Shown here piece by piece: positions 29,369-37,450 of a DNA stretch of 64,000 bases. Numbering within the stretch: position 1 is the stretch's first letter; each line of letters opens with the position of its first letter. The stretch is from IMG/VR virus record IMGVR_UViG_2703719088_000001, positions 21,011 to 85,010 of that record; one strand, 5' to 3'. The stretch comes from a virus (lineage: Duplodnaviria > Caudoviricetes). The translations under genes and the position numbers were made by a program. Below the pieces are notes generated by a model. It saw only the letters and a list, made by a program, of their open reading frames with translations, was not told the DNA's origin and searched no databases.

Positions 29369-29752
29369 ATGTCTAACTATAAATATCATACTATGGGTAA
29401 GAAATGGAATGAAGATGTGCCTGTGGAGGCTGTTCTGAAGCAGGTGCTGATAGAAAACGGAAAGTTGAAAGCCGAGATTTGCGAACTGAAGGATACTCTT
29501 GCACGTAGAGATGCGGCAATCAAGGCTTTCAAGGAATGGCAGTCTAATATCTGTGAGCGCAGCTACAAATATTGGCTCAAAGAAGGACTTGATATGGTTC
29601 ATAACCATCCAAACGCACAAGTCGTGGAATCTCTCCGTGGGCTCCTGGGAAACAACCGAGCATTAGACAAACGTATAAAGGAGATCGAAAGGCTCTATGG
29701 AAACCTTCTGAAGTGCGGAGACCGACTGATTAAATCACAGGAAACCGAATGA
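29369..29752 (+). CDS. hypothetical coiled-coil protein
   Basis: 127 aa ORF. Confidence 0.7.
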   Translation: MSNYKYHTMGKKWNEDVPVEAVLKQVLIENGKLKAEICELKDTLARRDAAIKAFKEWQSNICERSYKYWLKEGLDMVHNHPNAQVVESLRGLLGNNRALDKRIKEIERLYGNLLKCGDRLIKSQETE

Positions 29753-29814
29753 TGTCTCCTTCATGTGTGGCATTGAAACCACACATGGTACAATTGCTTA
29801 ACCATTTAAATTAA

Positions 29815-29980
29815 TTATTTATGAAGCCACCTACCAGAGAATTGACGGATCTGCTACGCTATATGGTATCTCTCAGATGGGAGAGATGTCTGTCATATTA
29901 AGCAAGTAGCCTATTGCAAGGGTGCGAAGAAATTCGCATCTTTGCACACAATCGCTGTGAAGCGAGTTCTTTACTCATAA
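29815..29980 (+). pseudogene. decayed last cassette gene
   Basis: protein-like text YEATYQRIDGSATLYGIS and DGRDVCHIKQVAYCKGAKKF... split across frames after a normal hairpin leader. Confidence 0.4.
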
Positions 29981-29989
29981 TTGTTAATA

Positions 29990-30030
29990 AGACCCCTGTC
30001 CTTTTGCGAGGATGGGGGTTACTTTTTGTA
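29990..30030 (+). terminator. intrinsic terminator ending the cassette block
   Basis: gacccctgtcc-ttttgcga-ggatggggtt followed by a T-rich tract. Confidence 0.55.
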
Positions 30031-30059
30031 TGTTATTTGCACTGATATAGTATTTTTAT

Positions 30060-30091
30060 ATTGTATAATATATTATCTATGTATAACTTTA
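30060..30091 (+). promoter_or_regulatory. Bacteroidetes-type promoter
   Basis: (A)TTG-N20-TAACTTTA, one mismatch to TAnnTTTG. Confidence 0.4.
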
Positions 30092-30123
30092 CAGCCCTAA
30101 CGCATCACGGATAAGCGTATAAT

Positions 30124-30792
30124 ATGTCAAAAAGAACATTATTCGTTCTGGCCAACTCGGTTTGGCGTGCGGACGATTTCCTGCACAGCGGGAACACCAA
30201 TCCTCTTCGCACAGACCACTATCTCTTCGCTACCCGCGAGGAGGCGGAAAAGAAGGCGCAGCAGATGGAAGTGGATGATGACATCTACAACGATGGTACT
30301 ATCTTTGAAGGCGAGATCGAGGAAAGCGAAATCCTCGAACTGACAGGTTATGAGAAGATTGAGGATTTTGACGAGGCTATGGCCGAACCTTACTCCACTA
30401 AGCCGTATTATAAATGCTATGGAGAGGAAGAAAAGGGAAGTGTAGCCGATGCAATCATCGAAAATCATATTCATGAATATGATGCCAACTGCCCGAATTA
30501 TGACTTCAACAAGTCTCTGGACGGAGCAGTCCTTATCTTCTGGTCATGGGAACGCTATGTTGGATATGCCCGTAAATGCATTGAGATACGTTATGCATAC
30601 AGCAACGAAAAGGAAGATATCCTCACAAAGAGGGATCAGACGTTTGTCGCCCAATGTGATGTGCTGCTGACATCTGAAGAGGTTGCAGCCTCTGATAATA
30701 TCAAGGAATCCATCCGCGAGGCTCTTGACAGCCGTGCTCATTGGAAATGGACAAATCCTAATTTTGTCGAATTCTTAATTGACAAGTTCTGA
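30124..30792 (+). CDS. hypothetical acidic protein
   Basis: 222 aa ORF. Confidence 0.75.
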   Translation: MSKRTLFVLANSVWRADDFLHSGNTNPLRTDHYLFATREEAEKKAQQMEVDDDIYNDGTIFEGEIEESEILELTGYEKIEDFDEAMAEPYSTKPYYKCYGEEEKGSVADAIIENHIHEYDANCPNYDFNKSLDGAVLIFWSWERYVGYARKCIEIRYAYSNEKEDILTKRDQTFVAQCDVLLTSEEVAASDNIKESIREALDSRAHWKWTNPNFVEFLIDKF

Positions 30793-31022
30793 TGAGTAGA
30801 TTCATCCTGCAACCCAGTAAAAAGCCTGGCTGGTGGGTGTGCACCGACACAGTGAACAATATCGTCTGCCGTTTTGAAGAACACAACTTCAACGGCACGA
30901 AGGATATTACGCTGCTCAACGGCGATACTTTCAAGACGACGGAAGAAGCCTTGAGATACCCGACATACCTGCGCGAGATGGCTGACTGGCTCATAGAAAA
31001 CCACTGCAAAAAAATTATCTGA
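30792..31022 (+). CDS. conserved hypothetical protein
   Basis: GWWVCTDT...CRFEEH...LREMADWL; overlaps both neighbours by 1 nt. Confidence 0.7.
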   Translation: MSRFILQPSKKPGWWVCTDTVNNIVCRFEEHNFNGTKDITLLNGDTFKTTEEALRYPTYLREMADWLIENHCKKII

Positions 31023-31234
31023 TGTACACTATTATCAAAGACGTAAAACGTGAGTGTTGGAAAAGAAACCTAACACTCACCGATGTCGCAAACAAAATGG
31101 GCATGATCAGGAACAACTTCTACCTGTGTATCAAGAATCCAAGTATCAGGTTGTCAACCGTTCATGCTATTGCCGATGCTATCGGCTGCAATATTGCAGA
31201 CCTTTTTCAATCATACTACGATGACGAAGAGTGA
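31022..31234 (+). CDS. XRE/Cro-type HTH regulator
   Basis: LTLTDVANKMGM...NPSIRLSTVHAIADAIGC. Confidence 0.8.
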   Translation: MYTIIKDVKRECWKRNLTLTDVANKMGMIRNNFYLCIKNPSIRLSTVHAIADAIGCNIADLFQSYYDDEE

Positions 31235-31466
31235 AGCCGCACAGATACCTATGATGGGCATCCATCCTGACGACTTGATAGAAGACTGCTTCTACCTCAA
31301 AATGGCAGAGGAGGGACGTATATCGAAAGAGCAGGGTAGAAAGGCTCTTGAAAGACTCAAGGGCAGGGAGAACGAGCCTCATTACGAAGGCGCAATGCTC
31401 GTTGCTGGCTATATGATTGAGAACCTTGATAAATACGGAGCACCTTGCATTGATTGGTGCGAATAA
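31218..31466 (+). CDS. hypothetical protein
   Basis: probable start MTTKS/MTKSE inside ORF 31164..31466. Confidence 0.55.
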   Translation, partial: TMTKSEAAQIPMMGIHPDDLIEDCFYLKMAEEGRISKEQGRKALERLKGRENEPHYEGAMLVAGYMIENLDKYGAPCIDWCE

Positions 31467-31546
31467 CATTTAGCCTCCGATGTCATAACAAACAATGGAG
31501 GCGCAATCTAACCAGTATCCGGCAACGGATACACAAATAAGAAGAA

Positions 31547-31729
31547 ATGGAAAACGAGATTAAATGGCACAAAGCGAAAAAAGCTATCAGTTCAAAGAGT
31601 CCGCTGAAGGATATATTGGTGCTCCATGAGTACCCTACGCGCAAAAGAGTCACTCTGGAATATGATGTTGAACCTGGAAAGTATTATATCACACTCGATG
31701 AGTTGATGCAACTCTCAAAGGAGAAATAG
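31547..31729 (+). CDS. hypothetical protein
   Basis: 60 aa ORF. Confidence 0.55.
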   Translation: MENEIKWHKAKKAISSKSPLKDILVLHEYPTRKRVTLEYDVEPGKYYITLDELMQLSKEK

Positions 31730-31795
31730 AACATCAACTCCATCTATCGTTGCAAATAGTGGGGGTACGATTGTCTAACCCGTAATAAAAGTAAC

Positions 31796-32059
31796 ATGAA
31801 GACTTATCCACTACTCGCGTATGAAGAGAACACCTTGTTCGTATGGGGTTCTTTCAATGAAAAGACATTCAAAGGAATGCCTGATGTCACAGAAGACATG
31901 ACTATTGTCGTCCAGAATGCCTCGAATCCGTTTGTCATCATCTATAACACGTCCGGCCTTACAAAGCAGGAAAAAGATGATGTTGTCAAGCAACACTGCA
32001 GCATGATGGCCAACGGATGCAATTTCCGTCCGGAGCGACAACTCCGGCTTTTTTATTAG
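31796..32059 (+). CDS. hypothetical protein
   Basis: 87 aa ORF with TAACCC leader. Confidence 0.65.
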   Translation: MKTYPLLAYEENTLFVWGSFNEKTFKGMPDVTEDMTIVVQNASNPFVIIYNTSGLTKQEKDDVVKQHCSMMANGCNFRPERQLRLFY

Positions 32060-32142
32060 TTTATGAGTCGAATCCCGGCAGGCTGTGAAGCCGCCCCCTT
32101 CTTTTTGTGCAGAAGGCTGCATGAGTAGTTAAATAATACTAA

Positions 32143-32200
32143 CGGCAAGATTTTTTCTGCCGAAAGATTTGGAGTAAATATAGCAAATACATTATATTTA
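32143..32200 (+). promoter_or_regulatory. promoter with upstream inverted repeat
   Basis: TTTG (32168)-N21-TATATTTA (32193); CGGCA...TGCCG inverted repeat 32143-32162; further CGGCA copies near 32234 and 32250. Confidence 0.55.
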
Positions 32201-32261
32201 CATTGTAAACAAAAACAACAACCAAGACACCGGCGGCAACGGGTAACAGCGGCAGAAGATT

Positions 32262-32795
32262 ATGACAACAAAGGACACCACCATCAAGTACACCTCCAAG
32301 TCAGGTAAAGATGTTATTGTGACAGTACATCGCAAGTATGGTGCATACATTGAGCATCATCACGACTCAGAAAACGGCATCGACTACGACACCAACGAGT
32401 TTGCCAATGACCAGAGCATAACGGTTGAGGTTCCCGGCGTTTGCAGATTTGAGACCAAGTACCTGCCGGATATGAAGCACCCCAAAATCAACATGTACTA
32501 TCTGAACAATGGCAGTGTATGTGTAGCCGTGCCTGACGAGATAGCCGAGCAGATCTTTGAGGCTGAGCGCGAGAGATTGACCGAGGAACTGTCACCTTCC
32601 GTCGTTGCAAGCATCCAGGAAGCAAAGACCGCCATCCGCAATGGTCGTGTAATGCCAAAGGCTGAGCTGAGTAATAAGCGCAAGGAATACAACGACATTT
32701 GCAATGAAGGCGCAGAGGGCTACAACCCCTTCGATGGCTACCTGACAACTGAGTATGTTGAGCGTTTGAAAGCGGAATATCCCGAAAAATTTTAA
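32262..32795 (+). CDS. hypothetical protein
   Basis: 177 aa, first gene after the promoter. Confidence 0.75.
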   Translation: MTTKDTTIKYTSKSGKDVIVTVHRKYGAYIEHHHDSENGIDYDTNEFANDQSITVEVPGVCRFETKYLPDMKHPKINMYYLNNGSVCVAVPDEIAEQIFEAERERLTEELSPSVVASIQEAKTAIRNGRVMPKAELSNKRKEYNDICNEGAEGYNPFDGYLTTEYVERLKAEYPEKF

Positions 32796-32807
32796 AAACT
32801 ATAAACT

Positions 32808-33293
32808 ATGCCACTTGACAGAAATTGCAACGCGATACCATATATCGCAGGGCGGATGATCGCCATCACCGAGCACTATGCCCAAAAAAAATTCGGCCCG
32901 AACACCCTCTCGACAATGTTCCAGCACCCGGCCGGCACAATAGGTGTGTTCCGCCGCTACATAGATAAGGATGACGAGTATTACCGGGAGGTGGGAGAGG
33001 TCGAATTGCCTATCACGACAGCAAACGAGGTGGCCAAAAGCCAGATGTGGGTAGGCTACTATCATCAGACGGCCGCTTATGACGAGAGCAGTGACGCTCG
33101 TTTGCGTATCGGCAAGCGGATAGCCGACCTACGCAAGTCGGCCGGAATGACACAGGAGCAGCTTGCGACCAAGGCGGGCATCCATCAGGTCAACCTATCA
33201 CGCATAGAGGCCGGGAGGTACGCTGTAGGGCTGGATATCCTTGACCACATCGCCCAGGCTTTGGGCGGAAGAGTTGATATCATCACCGATTAG
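32808..33293 (+). CDS. Cas11c-like (Cas8c/Csd1 C-terminal) domain fused to XRE HTH
   Basis: MPLD.....PYIAGRMIAITE ... HP ... MWVGYYHQ matches the Cas11c pattern MxLD.....PY..GR..A..E ... P ... F.IGYYHQ; C-terminal RIADLRKSAGMTQEQLATKAGI...LSRIEAG is an HTH_3 signature. Confidence 0.75.
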   Translation: MPLDRNCNAIPYIAGRMIAITEHYAQKKFGPNTLSTMFQHPAGTIGVFRRYIDKDDEYYREVGEVELPITTANEVAKSQMWVGYYHQTAAYDESSDARLRIGKRIADLRKSAGMTQEQLATKAGIHQVNLSRIEAGRYAVGLDILDHIAQALGGRVDIITD

Positions 33294-33410
33294 GTGTTGC
33301 TTTTATCAAGTAAAGTACGAAGTTGTCAAAAATGTAGGCAACGTGTACTTTCTCAATTGACCGACTGGGTGGAGATTGGCCTCTCCATCCACTCCTTATC
33401 TCTAAATAAT

Positions 33411-34784
33411 ATGCCTATGGAAGATAACAAGAAAAGAATCAAAGAGATACTTTCTTCCTTCAATGTAAGGATAGAGAGTATCGAAGAGAAGGTGGGGCAT
33501 TCGATTACATTGTACGAAGTCAAACCTTCACTGGGTGTGCGCATCTCCAAGATACGCAACCTGAAAGACGAGATAGCCATCGGTTTATCCGTCCCTGCTG
33601 TAAGAATTGTTGCTCCTCTGCCCAGCGGTCTCGTTGGTATTGAAGTGCCAAACAAGACCAGGCAGGTGATACCTATTTCGGATATCATCGAGTCTGAGGA
33701 ATACATCGACTCGAAGGCAGAGTTGCCATGTGCTATCGGCAGGACAATCGCCAACGAGGTCTTTGTGCCGGATTTGGCCGACATGCCGCATATGCTAATC
33801 GCCGGTGCCACAGGCCAAGGTAAATCAGTGTGCCTGAACACTATCCTTCTGTCTTTACTCGAAAGCAATTCACCAGAAGAGATGAAACTTGTCTTGGTCG
33901 ATCCAAAGCAGGTTGAGATGTCTGCCTACGCATCGCTTCGTGACACGTATCTCGCTGCACCCGTTCTCACCGAAGCAGACAAGGCATATGCTATCCTATG
34001 TGATGTGGTGACGGAGATGGAGAGAAGGTATTCTATTTTGAACGAAAACGGGGTAAGGAATCTTGGTGAGTACAACATCCGCTATCCTGACAGCCAGATG
34101 CCGTACATTGTTGTTGTCATAGATGAGTATGGAGACCTTGTCATGTCTGCCGGAAGAGAGTTCGAGAAGATTATCTGCCGCATAGCACAGAAAGCGAGAG
34201 CTGTCGGCATACATATGATTATCTCAACGCAGCGTCCGTCTGCGACAATCGTTACAGGTGACATCAAGGCCAACTTCCCGACACGTATGGCTTTCCGTAC
34301 TGTCACAGGTGTTGACTCAAGGGTTATCCTTGACCAGACTGGCGCAGAAAAGCTGACAGGTAAGGGCGACTTCATCTACTACAGCGGTGCTGAACTGCTT
34401 AGAGGCCAGTGTGCCTTGACAACGATAGATGACATCAAAGACCTTGTTGCCCATATACATGAGCAGTATGCCGATTATGTGAATACCCCTACATTGCAAT
34501 GGGAGATAAGGGAAGAGTATCGAAGAACGCATCCGTCGTTGTTGCTGCAGATTGCTCAATACATTGCTGACTTTGATTATATCACGATGGATATGATCGA
34601 AAAGAAGTTTGGGTTACGTAGTTCGTTTTCCTTGGAAAATACCTTGGAATTATCACGTGTCATCGCGTGTAAACGATATGACTACGATAATTGGAAGACC
34701 GAAGATGGACATGTTGTCCTTGTTCACGACAAGAGCCTACTCCCTGAAATGGTAGCCCCATATGAGAATTTTTTGGTTGGGTGA
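33411..34784 (+). CDS. FtsK/SpoIIIE-family DNA translocase without N-terminal membrane anchor
   Basis: MPHMLIAGATGQGKS, VDPKQVE, YIVVVIDEYGDL, AQKARAVGIH, TQRPS, RVILDQ.GAEKL.GKGD; likely start 33411 or 33417. Confidence 0.9.
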   Translation: MPMEDNKKRIKEILSSFNVRIESIEEKVGHSITLYEVKPSLGVRISKIRNLKDEIAIGLSVPAVRIVAPLPSGLVGIEVPNKTRQVIPISDIIESEEYIDSKAELPCAIGRTIANEVFVPDLADMPHMLIAGATGQGKSVCLNTILLSLLESNSPEEMKLVLVDPKQVEMSAYASLRDTYLAAPVLTEADKAYAILCDVVTEMERRYSILNENGVRNLGEYNIRYPDSQMPYIVVVIDEYGDLVMSAGREFEKIICRIAQKARAVGIHMIISTQRPSATIVTGDIKANFPTRMAFRTVTGVDSRVILDQTGAEKLTGKGDFIYYSGAELLRGQCALTTIDDIKDLVAHIHEQYADYVNTPTLQWEIREEYRRTHPSLLLQIAQYIADFDYITMDMIEKKFGLRSSFSLENTLELSRVIACKRYDYDNWKTEDGHVVLVHDKSLLPEMVAPYENFLVG

Positions 34785-34842
34785 TACCATGCCGGGCAGA
34801 ATCAGCCTTCTGCCCGGCAACCACTTATCTAATTTTAAAGCT

Positions 34843-35691
34843 ATGATTGGTTCTTTTGAAAAAGAGTTTGCCATGAAAAATCCTGGCAGAACTCAGATTT
34901 TGCGCTTCATGCGTGAAGCACTGGACGTTGATGAGGTGAAGTGGGAGAGTCTTACCCATCTGAACCTCGTGTCTGTCGCCGAGCATATACGTTCATGTGT
35001 TTCTCCGAACAGCGCGGTGACGTACCTGGCTATTGTGAAGGCTTTCCTTGCACAATACAAGGACGAAGGTGTCGTGCCATGCTCAAATCCAGCGAAGGCA
35101 CTAAAGGCAAAGAAAGTGCCGCAGCAGAATGTGGCACTCACCCTTGACGAACTCAACAAGATTGAGAGGTACTACGACAGGCTTCTTGCAAAAGGAGGCC
35201 ATCAAGCCGAGAAGGATGCTTTGACGCTCTTCCTGCTTGAATGCTTCTGTGGTGCACGTGGATGTGATGTTGAGAACATGACATTGGAAAACATAAAGGA
35301 TGGCAAGCTGACATATGTCTCTCAGAAAACACAGATATTGGCCACCATCCCCGTTCACAGACGGCTGGAAGACCTGCTATCCAGAAAACCGAAGAAGCAG
35401 TACACAGCATGTACGAAGAATAGGATTATCAAGCGTGTCGCTGAGAGATGTGGCATCTCCGATCCTGTGACCATATTCTATCACGGTAGCATGCAGACAA
35501 AGCCAAAATACGAGTATCTTGGCACGCATACAGCCAGACGGACGTTCTCTTCCATCCTCGCCGCCAATGGCACACCAATCCCTGAGATATCGCAGTTCAT
35601 GGGGCATTCGGAAATCTCAATGACAGAGAGATATATTAAAGTGGACATGAACACCGTCTCACAGGCTGCGATGGCATTCTTCAATGCTTGA
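34843..35691 (+). CDS. tyrosine recombinase (Xer/integrase family, no arm-binding domain)
   Basis: CGAR (R), HTARR (HxxR), MGHS..MTERY (H and Y); SAM-like N-terminus; start estimated inside ORF 34762..35691. Confidence 0.85.
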   Translation: MIGSFEKEFAMKNPGRTQILRFMREALDVDEVKWESLTHLNLVSVAEHIRSCVSPNSAVTYLAIVKAFLAQYKDEGVVPCSNPAKALKAKKVPQQNVALTLDELNKIERYYDRLLAKGGHQAEKDALTLFLLECFCGARGCDVENMTLENIKDGKLTYVSQKTQILATIPVHRRLEDLLSRKPKKQYTACTKNRIIKRVAERCGISDPVTIFYHGSMQTKPKYEYLGTHTARRTFSSILAANGTPIPEISQFMGHSEISMTERYIKVDMNTVSQAAMAFFNA

Positions 35692-35711
35692 CAGGCTTTT
35701 TCTCACCACCA

Positions 35712-36623
35712 TTAGAAATCTATTTTCGGAAGCGTCTGCTTCCATTCCCAGTTTGCTTTTGCGCTTCCCTTGCTGTACCACAAGTTGTACCTTGATGACA
35801 GCAAGGCACACTCCCTTGGGTGCAAGGACTGCAGCTTCTTGTATGCGTAATAGGCGTAGAAGAAGTCGCTGTCCTTGTCAAGGGTGAAATAATGTATAGC
35901 CTCATCTGGAAGGGAGGTGTTGTAGTCTGGGAACCATACCTTGATAAAACCCATTATATTGCCGTTTAACGGGCATCTATCCTCGAATAGGCTATCATCC
36001 CACAGGTCGTTGCCGATGCCTCCACAGGACGCCAGACAAAGCGACAGTAGCCTTGTGTCGTATTGAGATATAAGAAGACCAAACGAATTCCTGCGCATCA
36101 TCTCAAACCAGTCTTCTTTATAGTATGGTTCAAGACAATCATACGATGGGAATCTTACACCCCGGATATGATCGTCTGCACTCATGCTTTCATACAGAAA
36201 TGCCATCAGACCGGCTATCATCCAGTATTTGCAGTATGGATTTCCCTTCAGACTTTCTTTCTGTGTTCCTCCGAGACTGATACTGATATACTCCCTGTTT
36301 ATAAGCCACTCCCAAGGATGGTCTGTAATAATACGCCTCATGTCATCAACCTGTTCTATTACATGGCTGCTATTGAATGACATCAACAGAGTGGAGAAGA
36401 GGGCTATTTCCTTGTCGTGTTTGTCTGTATAATAGTCGGCTATATACGTCGGAAGCAGTGGCATATCCCCGGATTCCTTGTATCGAGCCACAAGTTCCTT
36501 GAGCCAATCACGGAATCTGGCGGAGAAGAAGGTGAAGAAGTCATAATTGTTCTTCTTCCTCACCTGCCTCATCTCCTGCCTGCGCTGCACCATCTTCTTT
36601 ACAATCTCCTTTTGCTTTCTCAT
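35712..36623 (-). CDS. DUF2400/TIGR02757-like hypothetical protein
   Basis: YTDKHDKEIALF...DHPWEW resembles the DUF2400 N-terminus; assignment by eye. Confidence 0.4.
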   Translation of the reverse strand: MRKQKEIVKKMVQRRQEMRQVRKKNNYDFFTFFSARFRDWLKELVARYKESGDMPLLPTYIADYYTDKHDKEIALFSTLLMSFNSSHVIEQVDDMRRIITDHPWEWLINREYISISLGGTQKESLKGNPYCKYWMIAGLMAFLYESMSADDHIRGVRFPSYDCLEPYYKEDWFEMMRRNSFGLLISQYDTRLLSLCLASCGGIGNDLWDDSLFEDRCPLNGNIMGFIKVWFPDYNTSLPDEAIHYFTLDKDSDFFYAYYAYKKLQSLHPRECALLSSRYNLWYSKGSAKANWEWKQTLPKIDF

Positions 36624-36633
36624 ACCATGTCTA

Positions 36634-36945
36634 TCATTCGAAATTTGTCACATCAATATTATATACCTTTGTGTATGTGAGCGTTCCTTCGTACCCCCGC
36701 CTTTTTAGTTCAAGGATCAAGTCTCTGGCATCGAAATCAACAATCTTGATATTCTTGGCATCTTCAAGTTTTCTTCTCAGACGCTCGTTCTCGATTCTGA
36801 TTTCCTTTGTTTCTTTTCTCTTCTCAGACATCTTATTCTGGTGGCACTCCTTGCAGACATTTCTATACCCGCCACCTCTGCCAGCTTTGCTGAAGTCTGA
36901 TACAGGAAGTGTCCTGCCACATTTCTTACAAACCTTTGTTTCCAT
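36634..36945 (-). CDS. zinc-finger protein
   Basis: CKKC...CKEC plus coiled coil. Confidence 0.7.
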   Translation of the reverse strand: METKVCKKCGRTLPVSDFSKAGRGGGYRNVCKECHQNKMSEKRKETKEIRIENERLRRKLEDAKNIKIVDFDARDLILELKRRGYEGTLTYTKVYNIDVTNFE

Positions 36946-37172
36946 TATTCTTTCTTTTTGTTGTTCAACTCTTTGTCTATTCGTTCAAGCCTCTTTACAC
37001 AATATGGATAATAAACCGGCCAGGCAATAACACAAATAAGCCAAGTCATTATCAATGAAATAAATGTTGCCCTCAGGTGTCTATCCATTATATTTTTCAG
37101 AATGACAACCCCAAGAAACTCGCCAAAAGGCAGGTAGGCTATCAAAGCATCTTCTAAATCAAAATATCTCAT
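36945..37172 (-). CDS. small membrane protein
   Basis: two hydrophobic segments. Confidence 0.6.
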   Translation of the reverse strand: MRYFDLEDALIAYLPFGEFLGVVILKNIMDRHLRATFISLIMTWLICVIAWPVYYPYCVKRLERIDKELNNKKKE

Positions 37173-37450
37173 GGTTCATCGCATTTGTATGGAGTAACAT
37201 TGTTCTTCGTATACCAAATCTTTGCCACCCTCACAGATGGTGCTGCAGCACGGCCTGCAGAATACGAATTACGGAACAGCGGCCTCCATCCGACACACTC
37301 GTATCGGAAATCATCTGGCAGAAACTCTTCTTCCTCTGTACCATAATCATCGCAATGATAGTACCCAGTACATTCGTTATCGAAGCCATGCTCCTTCAGA
37401 TAAAGAGCCTCTTCGTAGCTGACAATTTCCTTTCCAAGAATATCTTTCAT
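37169..37450 (-). CDS. hypothetical protein
   Basis: 93 aa, ATGA-type overlaps. Confidence 0.7.
   Translation of the reverse strand: MKDILGKEIVSYEEALYLKEHGFDNECTGYYHCDDYGTEEEEFLPDDFRYECVGWRPLFRNSYSAGRAAAPSVRVAKIWYTKNNVTPYKCDEP

Larger units (their letters stand above)
17440..29990 (+). repeat. array of about 30 dispersed intergenic elements (hairpin, (G)TAC(GAT), T(A/C)ACC(C)TAAA, attATG)
   Basis: present in almost every intergenic gap of this block. Confidence 0.9.

Noticed and set aside
17440-29990. Classical integron attC sites or a CRISPR array
   Set aside because: The hairpins lack RYYYAAC/GTTRRRY ends, the repeats are not identical, and the spacers are whole genes.
33293-35712. dif-like 28-bp site near the FtsK/recombinase pair
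   Set aside because: An inverted repeat at about 33312-33352 (AAAGTAC...GTACTTT) exists but does not fit the 11-6-11 dif layout or the TTATGTTAAAT arm.
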